Source: a virus
Direction: 5' to 3' (one strand)
Length of the DNA stretch: 64,000 nt
Virus record (IMG/VR): IMGVR_UViG_3300023174_003073
Location: 106,987 to 170,986 of that record
Translations under genes and position numbers: made by a program
Notes under the pieces: generated by a model
Told to the model about the DNA's origin: nothing
The model's input: only the letters and a program-made list of their open reading frames with translations
Database searches by the model: none
Part shown: positions 40,741 through 49,657 of the stretch, piece after piece
Numbering within the stretch: position 1 is the stretch's first letter
Layout: every line of letters begins with the position of its first letter

Positions 40741-41601
40741 TTAGAAGGAGGTATCGTCTAATAAGACTCTAGTCCAAATGTCAGTTACATTATCAACGTA
40801 GTTACTTCTGCAATAATACATATACATATTGTCAAATGCTATTGTTCCTACTGTGTCTCCGGCAGCACCATAGCTATGTGTAGGTGGAGTTCCACCGGCA
40901 GAGATTAACATCTTACCTACTGTTGCAGTACCTGATACAGTCAAGCCAGTTAATGTACCCAAACTAGTAATGTTAGCCTGTGCATTAGAAGTTACTGTAC
41001 CTGCTTTAGTGGCAGTTGTTGCAGTACCTGAACTATTTGCATACGTAGCATTTGCTATATTATTAGGAGTACCCCAACTTAATGCTGTGCCGTTAGTAGT
41101 TAAGAACTGTCCATTGTGTGTAGATTGTGCGGGTAATGTTGTACCGCCACCTGATGATGTAGTCCAAGTTAAGTTACCTTGACCATCTGTTGAAAGTAAC
41201 CCACCGCTCATCCCACCTAGTATTGAAATATTGGCTGCATCACCTAATTTTATTTTAATGTTTGCAGTTGGTCCAACATTTGCGCCAGTCCAATTAACTA
41301 CACTATTAGCAACTGATGCATTGCCATCAAATACTAAAATTTGACCTGTTCTCGGATCATTTAAACTTACAAATGTATTGCTTGATCCTGCAATTTGTGT
41401 AAAAGGTATTTCTGAAACTTCAGTAAGAATTTCAGTCTGAGTTGTCATTTCATTCTCAGCAACAGGAACTAATACAGGATCGTTTCCTATATAGACTTTT
41501 TGTGCGTCTGATGCAAATCCAATTTCCCCCGTGTCTAATTGAGGCAAATCTACATTTGCACCTACTCTGTGAATTATTTTGCTTATTTGTACGATGGCCA
41601 T
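40741..41601 (-). CDS. tail fibre/baseplate-associated structural protein
   Basis: I..R.G....LP.L..GE.G...D...VYIG N-terminus; NITSLGTLTGLTV fibre motif; C-terminal module shared with 10524..11336. Confidence 0.6.
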   Translation of the reverse strand: MAIVQISKIIHRVGANVDLPQLDTGEIGFASDAQKVYIGNDPVLVPVAENEMTTQTEILTEVSEIPFTQIAGSSNTFVSLNDPRTGQILVFDGNASVANSVVNWTGANVGPTANIKIKLGDAANISILGGMSGGLLSTDGQGNLTWTTSSGGGTTLPAQSTHNGQFLTTNGTALSWGTPNNIANATYANSSGTATTATKAGTVTSNAQANITSLGTLTGLTVSGTATVGKMLISAGGTPPTHSYGAAGDTVGTIAFDNMYMYYCRSNYVDNVTDIWTRVLLDDTSF

Positions 41602-41633
41602 AGTTTAATCTTCGGTTGATTAAACTATTTATC
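41600..41633 (-). promoter_or_regulatory. start-codon-occluding hairpin overlapping late promoter
   Basis: 11-bp stem ATAGTTTAATC/GATTAAACTAT includes the AT of ATG; GATAAATA at 41626-41633. Confidence 0.7.
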
Positions 41634-41638
41634 ACGAT

Positions 41639-42325
41639 TTACAGGAACTTCGTATAGAACTGCTCACATCGTTTGAACCACATGTCTGTGTACTTGTCAA
41701 ATTCAGCACCCTCAACAATGAATTCCTGATATTCATTGGCTGCTGAACACATGAAAATAACACCTTTGCGTATCTTTGTCCCGTGTACTTCATTATGTGC
41801 ATTAGCATACGCAGTCAATTGAACAAAGTAATCATCAATCCACTCACGTTTCTTGGGCTTATTTGTCTGCTTGTGATCCATGATTGCTTCTGCATTATCA
41901 TGTATCCCACATAAATCAGTAGTACCAGCATATATTGAGGGGAAATACAAAGGAACTTCTGTACCCCAGTATTCATTACATTTAGATAGTCCTTGTGCAA
42001 TGATGCTTGATGCCATTGCATGACTCTGTATTGAATATGGATTACTGCCGGGTGTACCTATCTCGCCTGTTTTGATGTAATCTTCAAGCCACTTGTGCAT
42101 ACGTGTTCCGCGACCTGCGGCTTCAGTAGTTATCTCTTGTGCTTTTTGAGCACCAACTCGTTTACGCCACTCCATCAATGCTTTTTTAGATTCTTCTGAT
42201 TTAGTAGCATCTAGTATTGTAGTGACTGATGGTAGCTTATTTCCATCGGGCGTTGCATATCTACGACCTTCTGGTGTATCAATGCGCTTGATTGCTTCGT
42301 ATTTAAATTTGTTGGGGTTATACAT
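41639..42325 (-). CDS. PD-(D/E)xK exonuclease (RecB/Cas4/MGME1-like)
   Basis: PSVTTIL, RGT.MH, E..LY...YAGTTD, DHK, Q..AY. Confidence 0.85.
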   Translation of the reverse strand: MYNPNKFKYEAIKRIDTPEGRRYATPDGNKLPSVTTILDATKSEESKKALMEWRKRVGAQKAQEITTEAAGRGTRMHKWLEDYIKTGEIGTPGSNPYSIQSHAMASSIIAQGLSKCNEYWGTEVPLYFPSIYAGTTDLCGIHDNAEAIMDHKQTNKPKKREWIDDYFVQLTAYANAHNEVHGTKIRKGVIFMCSAANEYQEFIVEGAEFDKYTDMWFKRCEQFYTKFL

Positions 42326-42333
42326 TATAGTCG

Positions 42334-42362
42334 ATTATAGTGAATTATAATCCAACTGTCAA
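42334..42362 (-). promoter_or_regulatory. consensus sigma70 promoter TTGACA-17-TATAAT
   Basis: Exact consensus, 8 nt before ATG 42325. Confidence 0.85.
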
Positions 42363-42372
42363 CTGTATTTGG

Positions 42373-42687
42373 TTACTTGACTTGTTTGTTAGCCATTTGT
42401 TGACGAATCTTTTCATTTTCGTCAGGACCTTGTTCTTGTCCTTCTAAATCATTTTCTTGGCCTCTGAAAATAACTTTATCATCACTAACATCTGCAATGA
42501 TATTTTTTAATGGTTCTTTTTCAACAATGTCAAACAAATCTCTTTTGTCTAATGAGATCCCGTTTTTATTCAACACAGTTAAGAATTCGTCAGCGGTCAT
42601 AGGTTCAGTTTGTGTAGAAAGTTGGCTAGCTACTGCAACCAACTTTACACGCAAAGGATCTGCATCACTGAATTCAAATAAGCGCAT
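42373..42687 (-). CDS. hypothetical late protein
   Basis: 104 aa, MRLFEF N-terminus. Confidence 0.65.
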   Translation of the reverse strand: MRLFEFSDADPLRVKLVAVASQLSTQTEPMTADEFLTVLNKNGISLDKRDLFDIVEKEPLKNIIADVSDDKVIFRGQENDLEGQEQGPDENEKIRQQMANKQVK

Positions 42688-42689
42688 GT

Positions 42690-43424
42690 TTAACGCTTGG
42701 CTCTGCCTACTGCCGGAACAGGTTCTTCTGGTTCTTCTTCAGGCATCTCAGGAGCTGCCATTGCGTCAGCACCCATTTCTTCTCCACCCATGTCAGGAGC
42801 CATTTCATCGCCGCCTGCTATTGGATCTGCACCCATGCCATCATCCATACCAGCGCCCATCTCATCACCCATGCCAAAGCCACCATCTTGACCTGTCACA
42901 ACGCCTAATGCGCCTTGTAGACCTGTCTTAGATTGTGTTAGTGCGGCTTGTAATGAAGTCAATGCCTCTGATACTTGGCTACTAAATTGTTCACCTTCAC
43001 TTGTACCAAACTCGCTGTTAACACCGTCAACAACTGCTGGTAATTCTTTTACTAGCATATCACTAACTTGTTCAATCATCTTCTGCATTGAATCAACCAT
43101 TTCTTGTGCGGCTAGAACAACTTGAGATTTTTCAACTTCTTCGTTCTCGACTACAATTCGTGGATTATACATTGGAAGTGATTTCAAATCACCATAGTGA
43201 TGTGTTAATGCTTGTTCCATGAATACAAGTTTCAAGTAAGCAGGATTTTGCTCTCCGCTCATTGATTTTTGTTTAGCTTCTGACATCAATCCTTTGACTT
43301 TCTTAAGCATATTCTTGGTCTCATAAAGACCTAGCTTATCAACATTGAAGGATGTGTTGAAGTGTTCTTTCAGTGCTTGTTTAGCGACTGAAGTTGGTTT
43401 AGCGTTAAATTCGGTTAGTTTCAT
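42690..43424 (-). CDS. hypothetical late protein (possible prohead core/scaffold)
   Basis: MKLTEF N-terminus, helical, acidic G/M-rich tail; GATAAATA at 43450-43457. Confidence 0.55.
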   Translation of the reverse strand: MKLTEFNAKPTSVAKQALKEHFNTSFNVDKLGLYETKNMLKKVKGLMSEAKQKSMSGEQNPAYLKLVFMEQALTHHYGDLKSLPMYNPRIVVENEEVEKSQVVLAAQEMVDSMQKMIEQVSDMLVKELPAVVDGVNSEFGTSEGEQFSSQVSEALTSLQAALTQSKTGLQGALGVVTGQDGGFGMGDEMGAGMDDGMGADPIAGGDEMAPDMGGEEMGADAMAAPEMPEEEPEEPVPAVGRAKR

Positions 43425-43467
43425 AGTTTTTCCTAGAGTACTGATAATATATTTATCATTGGTTTAA

Positions 43468-43959
43468 TTATTTTGCGGAGTTTAGTGCAAATTGTTTGTG
43501 CTGCCAAGCATTGGCTTTCTCTACAAACTTCTCTAATTCATCCAATAAATGCTGTTTCTTTAGCATATCTTCGTTCATTTTAGCAATGACGATAGTCTTA
43601 GTTTCCAAGTTTTTAATGGTTTTACTAAGTTTTTGACGAACTTTTAGGTTCTCAATTGTCCCGTATAATATGCTGTCCAAATAAAGTACACGGTTAGCAT
43701 CAGTTACAGAATTTGTTTTATCTAATGTAATCCAAGTGACAGCGTTCTTTAATTCAGCAAATGTATAGGTAGTGTGAGTTTTATTCTTGCTCATTACATA
43801 TCCCATATCATTCTTTTTTATAGAATATTCTCCATATAAATGATAAACACCAGCCGAATCCTGATAAACAATTTCTTTTTCTAATTTTGACAGTTTCTCT
43901 TTACTAAGCATTTTAGCTAAGATAGAGAATAATTTATCATTTTTATTACCCATGCTCAA
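43468..43959 (-). CDS. hypothetical protein
   Basis: 163-aa ORF. Confidence 0.65.
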   Translation of the reverse strand: MSMGNKNDKLFSILAKMLSKEKLSKLEKEIVYQDSAGVYHLYGEYSIKKNDMGYVMSKNKTHTTYTFAELKNAVTWITLDKTNSVTDANRVLYLDSILYGTIENLKVRQKLSKTIKNLETKTIVIAKMNEDMLKKQHLLDELEKFVEKANAWQHKQFALNSAK

Positions 43960-44404
43960 TTACCTCAAAATATATATTTCTTAATTCAGGACTAACATCT
44001 AAAAATGTCGGCAACTTATTTAATTCTGTTCCAATATGTATCATTGGTACACCATCACAATCTGTAAATAAATGTCCCAATTCTTCAGTTCCATTATTAA
44101 ATACACTTCCAAACATCACAGTAAAATCAAACGTCCAGACCGGACAAGGTGTTTCTGATTCTAATAAAAATCCAAATTTTTCCGTATCAGTTAATGATAT
44201 TTCATCTTTATGTGGATCAGTAATATCTTCAGGTAAACTACGTAATGAAATTACTTGGATAATTGTATCAAAATTGCATTGCGTATTTCTTTGCTTTTCC
44301 CACAGTGATATCTTTTCATCTACTGGAACAGGTGTATTTCTTCTATTTGTAATGCCTGTTTTTGTAATATCAAACAGGGTATAGCATCTTATTTTTAACG
44401 ACAT
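43946..44404 (-). CDS. hypothetical late protein
   Basis: 152 aa; TATAAATA at 44409-44416, 4 nt before the ATG. Confidence 0.65.
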   Translation of the reverse strand: MSLKIRCYTLFDITKTGITNRRNTPVPVDEKISLWEKQRNTQCNFDTIIQVISLRSLPEDITDPHKDEISLTDTEKFGFLLESETPCPVWTFDFTVMFGSVFNNGTEELGHLFTDCDGVPMIHIGTELNKLPTFLDVSPELRNIYFEVIEHG

Positions 44405-44421
44405 ACACTATTTATAGAGGT

Positions 44422-44449
44422 AAAAAAGCCCGCAATAAAAGCGGGCTTT
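44422..44449 (-). terminator. intrinsic terminator
   Basis: AAAGCCCGC/GCGGGCTTT stem with a T-run on the minus strand. Confidence 0.8.
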
Positions 44450-44463
44450 ATGAGTCTATATTA

Positions 44464-45237
44464 TTACGGTACTATAGGTGAAGCTGTTCCGCGATTATAT
44501 GCTAATCTAGCCTGTTGATCCATTGATAACGGATCATGTGCAGTTGAAGAACCTACTGTTTCTTTTGAACCATTAAATGAATATGCTTGAGTATTTGCTT
44601 GTCCAATAGTTGCCATTACTTTAGCAACTTTGTCATAACTCTTACTCGCAACCGCTTGTTGTAACTCTTTCTGATATGCCCCGTCATTCCACTTATTTGT
44701 CACTAAATATCCGTCCACAAATCCACCAAGGTCAAACGGTTTACCATGTGTTTGTGCAATCATTTCATTATGTTTTATTTGATTAATAAACTTCTTACTA
44801 AAGATTTGTATTGCTCTGCGTTGCACCATTGATTGTGCTGGGTTTTTAAACCAGCTATATTTTGCGGCTGTAGGACCTGTTTGTGTCTGTGATGCAGTCG
44901 TTGGGGTAGTTTGTGTTGGGGTTGTTTGTGTTGGGGTAGTTTGTGCCTGTGATGAAGTTGATGGAGTGGTTTGTGTTGGAGTTGTTTGTGCTTGTGTAGA
45001 GGCAGTATAAGGGGACGGTGGAATAACTCTTCCGGGCACCTGATATGAACCGTTACCTGCAGCCATGGTAGTTGTTGCATTGCTAGCAGACTGCATGTTT
45101 GTAGGCGCTGTTGGAGCTGAAGTTGTAGGGGCTAGATTGGACCTTTGAGCGTTAGCATTGCGTCTTTTAGCGTTCATACTAGCTTGTTTACGGCGGCTAG
45201 CATTACCCTCATCTAATATAAATTCACTCGCTCTCAT
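44464..45237 (-). CDS. hypothetical protein with Thr/Pro/Gln-rich repeat linker
   Basis: MRASEFILDE N-terminus; QTTPT repeats. Confidence 0.65.
   Translation of the reverse strand: MRASEFILDEGNASRRKQASMNAKRRNANAQRSNLAPTTSAPTAPTNMQSASNATTTMAAGNGSYQVPGRVIPPSPYTASTQAQTTPTQTTPSTSSQAQTTPTQTTPTQTTPTTASQTQTGPTAAKYSWFKNPAQSMVQRRAIQIFSKKFINQIKHNEMIAQTHGKPFDLGGFVDGYLVTNKWNDGAYQKELQQAVASKSYDKVAKVMATIGQANTQAYSFNGSKETVGSSTAHDPLSMDQQARLAYNRGTASPIVP
44878..44998 (-). repeat. 15-nt tandem repeats encoding QTTPT
   Basis: gtttgtgttggggta-like units on the + strand. Confidence 0.75.
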
Positions 45238-45475
45238 TATCTTTTTTCCTCAAACTTTTTGAGAATCTACCTTGGTCACGTGCTTTAATTGCACTTAGCA
45301 ATTTTCTCTCTAAAATTTGAGCCTTTTCACCGTCATAATGCTTATTAATCATTTCTAATAAATTAATTGCACTGGTAATAATATTGTGGGCACGGCTTTC
45401 AATAATATGTGACGTATCACGATTATTGCCAATTGCTTCTAATTCTTCTAAAAGACTGCGAGTTTTTCGTTGCAT
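45224..45475 (-). CDS. hypothetical late protein
   Basis: 83 aa; GATAAATA at 45497-45504. Confidence 0.65.
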   Translation of the reverse strand: MQRKTRSLLEELEAIGNNRDTSHIIESRAHNIITSAINLLEMINKHYDGEKAQILERKLLSAIKARDQGRFSKSLRKKDNESE

Positions 45476-45502
45476 TTTTGGTATAGATCCTAATAGTATT
45501 TA

Positions 45503-46915
45503 TCAATTTTTGAGATTGTTAAGTAGTGCTTTTAATTTGCTACCCTGCACGTCTGCAACTACCCGTTTAGTTTCTTCAGGAATATAGATATTTTCCCCAA
45601 CCACAGTTGACTGGGGCTTTAATTGATTCATAATCTCGTTAGGACTAGGGGCAGGACGATACTTCATTTGCTGATCTCCATGACCCTCAGGATCCTCGTC
45701 TGTAATTCTCATGGTTTCTACGTTATATTCCAAGTCAATTTTTTGACCTACACCAGTCGAACTACGACTTTTCATACACTGAATCTGATACTTACCGCGT
45801 TCACGCATACTACGACTTGTAAAGATACCAAATACGTTATCTGCTGTATTAATCTTACTGATACCACCTGCAATATGACTATGGTCAAACTCAATTTCTT
45901 CAACTGCACTACGATTCAACTGACTTGCAGTAACCATTAATACACCTAATTCTTTGGATAGGTTACGCAATTCTTCTGACACATACTTGTCTTTAATAAA
46001 CTGGTCGTTAGGATTTACTTTAACAGACACGGGCATTACTAGATCCAGATAGTCAATCATCACAAAGTCAACTTTGATACCTGTTTGTATCTGTACTTCT
46101 TTCAAGTAACTACGAATATCGTTAACATTGCTTTGTGCGGGCAATCCTTTAACACGATAGTCACCTGATTTCTTACCTGCTAATTTAACTTTAAGTTCAG
46201 TATTATCAATATCTTTACGAATGTCTCTGGTACTCATCATAGTCAACATCGCATCAGTTCTAAGTGAAGTCAATTCTTCTGAGAGTTCCAATGAGATATA
46301 AACGCCACTCAATCCCATACCTAACCAATTCAGTGCAATGTTCATCATCACCAATGATTTACCTGAACCTGAACCACCTGCAAAGATATTCAATTCACCT
46401 CGACTAAAGCCACCATACAACAACCTATCAAGTTGCGGCCAGCCTGTGCTTTGTTGTCCACCTGCATTAAAGTATTTGTGCAATCGTCCTTTAGGGTCAG
46501 CAAAGTAATCTGTACCCATATCTCGTTGTAAACTAATCTGCACTGCTTCTTTGATTAGTTTCTCGACGGGACCAAAGTCACCCTTCTCTAACAAATCGGC
46601 TGCTTTGAGGATTGCTCGTTCTAATTCTTGTCTTTTAGTAAATGATTCAAATTCTTCTAAGAACCATTCAGTATGTTTATCACCGAAATCTTCAACCATA
46701 TCAAGTTGAACACCTGTGGTCGCTACAATTTGTTTACTATCGGGTAGTAAACTATACTTCTCACTATATTCTATCATAAACTCTGCAACAGGTCTTAAAG
46801 ACTTGTCAAAGTTCTGAGCATTCATAATATTCATTACCCTTGTATACAATTCTGCATTTGTCAGAATCATTTGTAAAAAGAGTTTTTGAATCTCTACGTT
46901 ATATTCCTTTTGCAA
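45503..46915 (-). CDS. replicative DNA helicase (DnaB/T4 gp41-like)
   Basis: GGSGSGKS, YISLEL, IDYLDL, TASQLNR, TAD, KSR; TTG start. Confidence 0.92.
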   Translation of the reverse strand: MQKEYNVEIQKLFLQMILTNAELYTRVMNIMNAQNFDKSLRPVAEFMIEYSEKYSLLPDSKQIVATTGVQLDMVEDFGDKHTEWFLEEFESFTKRQELERAILKAADLLEKGDFGPVEKLIKEAVQISLQRDMGTDYFADPKGRLHKYFNAGGQQSTGWPQLDRLLYGGFSRGELNIFAGGSGSGKSLVMMNIALNWLGMGLSGVYISLELSEELTSLRTDAMLTMMSTRDIRKDIDNTELKVKLAGKKSGDYRVKGLPAQSNVNDIRSYLKEVQIQTGIKVDFVMIDYLDLVMPVSVKVNPNDQFIKDKYVSEELRNLSKELGVLMVTASQLNRSAVEEIEFDHSHIAGGISKINTADNVFGIFTSRSMRERGKYQIQCMKSRSSTGVGQKIDLEYNVETMRITDEDPEGHGDQQMKYRPAPSPNEIMNQLKPQSTVVGENIYIPEETKRVVADVQGSKLKALLNNLKN

Positions 46916-46916
46916 T

Positions 46917-47417
46917 TCAATTTCCTTTGTTTATTGATGTGTCATATTGACCATCAATCAAAATATATAACATACGACATACATTTGATGACCTATTAGC
47001 CCATGCATGGTTAGTACCTCGTTGTATTACAACTGCCCCTTTTTGTAAATCAACTTCTGAATCATCTAATACTAATGTAATCTCTCCTTCCATCACGATA
47101 CTATAATCAATTGATTCAGTGACATGCATTAAGGGATGTGGTTTTAAAAATCTAAATTCTGTAGTCTCAGGTGGAATATCAGCAAATCTAATTCTTGTAC
47201 CATTTTTTGGAGGTTCAAATTTTAATGGGCTGTTTGTAGGATCAATCCTATTATCAATTATTGCTGGCATTTCTGTAGTATTCCATACTTCGTGTAATAC
47301 AAGACCTGGAATAATATCTAAATCAAAAACATTAGGCAAAGTTCCATTTGAAGTTATTATTGATTTACCCTCATTGTTGTGACCTGTAACCACACGATGA
47401 ATCTTGGGATAAGTCAT
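46917..47417 (-). CDS. cupin-domain protein
   Basis: RVVTGH...GKS; MH.TESIDY.IV.EGEI.L.LD; G.VVIQRGTNHAW.N. Confidence 0.88.
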   Translation of the reverse strand: MTYPKIHRVVTGHNNEGKSIITSNGTLPNVFDLDIIPGLVLHEVWNTTEMPAIIDNRIDPTNSPLKFEPPKNGTRIRFADIPPETTEFRFLKPHPLMHVTESIDYSIVMEGEITLVLDDSEVDLQKGAVVIQRGTNHAWANRSSNVCRMLYILIDGQYDTSINKGN

Positions 47418-48391
47418 TCTATGGCCTTTAATAATTTACGCTTTTGCATTTCTATTTTAATTTTACTCATTGTAGCATTTTCTAATATACTTAGTAAAGT
47501 AGGCAATCTACCATATTTTACCACTGCATCATTCACATCTTTAACTGAGCTATCCCAATCAGGTAAACTAACACTATACCCAAACTCTAATGCTTTGTCA
47601 CATATCTCCAGACCAGTCGCATCACGATCGGGTACAACGATTATTTTCTTATTCAATTGTGCTAGCAATTGTGCTTGTTCTGTTGATATTGTATTATGTG
47701 TTAAAGCACAACCATGAATGCTCAATGCATCAAAAATACCTTCAACTACGATACATGCTTGCCATTCTGGTTTCTGAAAATCATATCCAAATACATATCC
47801 TGCTTCTTGGTCATTGATATACTTAGGAATTCTGTTATCTAAAAATCTGCTCGTATGACCTACAGTTTTTCCCTTATATGTATAGGGGATAACAATTCGA
47901 TTTGATTGTCTGCCCTTATCATTGGGTGTGACTACAAAGGGTAATATTGTTTTATCAATCTTTCTGTTTTGTAGATATTGTAAGAATACACTATGATTAG
48001 GATTATTGCTATCTAACAATTCACCGTCAGGTAATTCTCTTGCTTTAAACGAAATTGTTTCACGAACCTTTTTGGTATATGTAAAATCTAAAAAGTCTTT
48101 GTTGCGTAAACTTTCAAGACTCCAAAGTTGAATCTGTTCTATGTCAACACCACACCACAATAAGAATTGTTTTGCTCTTTCAGAAATAACTCTTCCCAAA
48201 GTAAAACTGCAACTATAGCTACAGTTAAAGCAATGGTATACCCAGTTAGTTTGTCCATCAAACTTAATACCACCTCTGAATCTATCATCAGGCCTATGCC
48301 CACGATGGGAACAACAAATTGCGTTGAAACTAGTCCAACCACCACTTGTTTGTTTCTTACGACCGGGTATTATTGAGAGTATATCAAACAT
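47414..48391 (-). CDS. DNA primase (T4 gp61-like; Zn finger + TOPRIM)
   Basis: C..C and HCFNC Zn ligands; RIVIP, PKY; VEGIFDA, PDRD..G, KDVNDA. Confidence 0.9.
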   Translation of the reverse strand: MFDILSIIPGRKKQTSGGWTSFNAICCSHRGHRPDDRFRGGIKFDGQTNWVYHCFNCSYSCSFTLGRVISERAKQFLLWCGVDIEQIQLWSLESLRNKDFLDFTYTKKVRETISFKARELPDGELLDSNNPNHSVFLQYLQNRKIDKTILPFVVTPNDKGRQSNRIVIPYTYKGKTVGHTSRFLDNRIPKYINDQEAGYVFGYDFQKPEWQACIVVEGIFDALSIHGCALTHNTISTEQAQLLAQLNKKIIVVPDRDATGLEICDKALEFGYSVSLPDWDSSVKDVNDAVVKYGRLPTLLSILENATMSKIKIEMQKRKLLKAIE

Positions 48392-48398
48392 CTGTGTT

Positions 48399-48427
48399 AG
48401 TATAACACAATGTCATTCATATTACAA
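48399..48427 (-). promoter_or_regulatory. sigma70-type promoter TTGTAA-17-TATACT (extended -10), 7 nt before the primase ATG
   Basis: Read directly. Confidence 0.65.
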
Positions 48428-48440
48428 GAATGATGGTTAC

Positions 48441-49193
48441 TTATCTTACTAAAATCTGGTTAATTGTTCCGCCCGAACTATAGAACTCTACACGCAAACG
48501 AGGGAAATACCCTTCCACATTGATATAGTCAGTGCTTGTATAACCAGAATAAGATACTTCATCGCTGATGTAAAACCATTCAGTATCGTTACCGGATACA
48601 GATCCTTGTATTCGCAGTGTACCCATATAATCAGTAAGTTGTGTTTGGAACGTAAAGAATGATACATCATTTGGTGTGTAAGGTGAGCTATAGAATGTTA
48701 CCGGAGCTTGTTCAGTTGGTGTAGTATGTACAGGTATATCCAATTGCTCAGAGGGTAGATACTTTGGTAATACACTATTAACTATGTCAATAACACCTCT
48801 GCCACCTGCACTATCATCCACAAATACTGGATACTCAAATGTACTTTCCGGAATAGTCAACGAATAATAACACAATGTTGCATCCATTTCTAATGTTTCA
48901 CTGGAAAGTACCTGTAATGTTGCAATCCCAGTCAAAGGATATAATAGTGTTAATGCTTTCTGTAGTATAACTTCTGATCCATCATAACTCATTAATCTGC
49001 AATTAATTGTCTTTCCTGTGATATCAACGGGTTTTTGGTCTTGATTTAAAAACTGAAATTGCAGTTGATTGTCAATTCCTTTGTGGATTTTTAGATTTTT
49101 AGCATACACGGTTTGATATCTCCTAGGTGAGGATCCTGAATACAATACTACAGTTTGTCGGGGGATATAATAGTTTACTGAGGTAGAATACAA
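48441..49193 (-). CDS. putative virion protein (BppU-like N domain)
   Basis: KG.DN.LQFQ..NQDQKPVDITG; C-terminal module like 289..645; TTG start. Confidence 0.5.
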   Translation of the reverse strand: MYSTSVNYYIPRQTVVLYSGSSPRRYQTVYAKNLKIHKGIDNQLQFQFLNQDQKPVDITGKTINCRLMSYDGSEVILQKALTLLYPLTGIATLQVLSSETLEMDATLCYYSLTIPESTFEYPVFVDDSAGGRGVIDIVNSVLPKYLPSEQLDIPVHTTPTEQAPVTFYSSPYTPNDVSFFTFQTQLTDYMGTLRIQGSVSGNDTEWFYISDEVSYSGYTSTDYINVEGYFPRLRVEFYSSGGTINQILVR

Positions 49194-49276
49194 AATATTG
49201 GTCCTTTACTATATTTATTAAATTTAAATACATTGGGCAACCAAATATGATAAATAAATCCGAGAACACTAAAATA

Positions 49277-49657
49277 ATGATTCAAAACGAATTCTTCAAC
49301 AAACTAACTAAAAATCACCCCTTCATAACCATTTGTTCCTACGCAGGACAAGATTACGTTGGAATAGTACAAAATCGTGATGAAATAGTCACAACTATCT
49401 ATGATTACGGGGCGATAGTTGATAACATTCTTAGGGAAAAGTTCTTAGAATTAGGTGATACATGGTGGTGGGAAAGTAATCGATTAGTACCCATCAATAT
49501 GTTCTTAAAAGAAGAATGGATCATGTTCAAACCCTATCTTAGAACATTCAATAACAAAAGTCTCACTGTAGTTCATGGCCCGATATGCAGTATATTAGAA
49601 CTGGCCAAAAGAAAATCAAAAAGAAAATCAATTACTCTCGTTAAGAGAATGTCCTAA
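49277..49657 (+). CDS. conserved phage hypothetical protein
   Basis: WWWESNR..PI..FL motif; GATAAATA at 49249-49256; start trimmed to MIQNEF. Confidence 0.6.
   Translation: MIQNEFFNKLTKNHPFITICSYAGQDYVGIVQNRDEIVTTIYDYGAIVDNILREKFLELGDTWWWESNRLVPINMFLKEEWIMFKPYLRTFNNKSLTVVHGPICSILELAKRKSKRKSITLVKRMS

Noticed and set aside
41639-42325. Cas4 or CRISPR system
   Set aside because: No Fe-S cysteine set, no other cas genes and no repeat-spacer array seen; a common phage exonuclease
46917-47417. Cupin as the missing RmlC epimerase
   Set aside because: Lacks RmlC motifs (D.RG.F, RGLH.Q) and matches a different cupin type; an NRS/ER-type enzyme would not need RmlC
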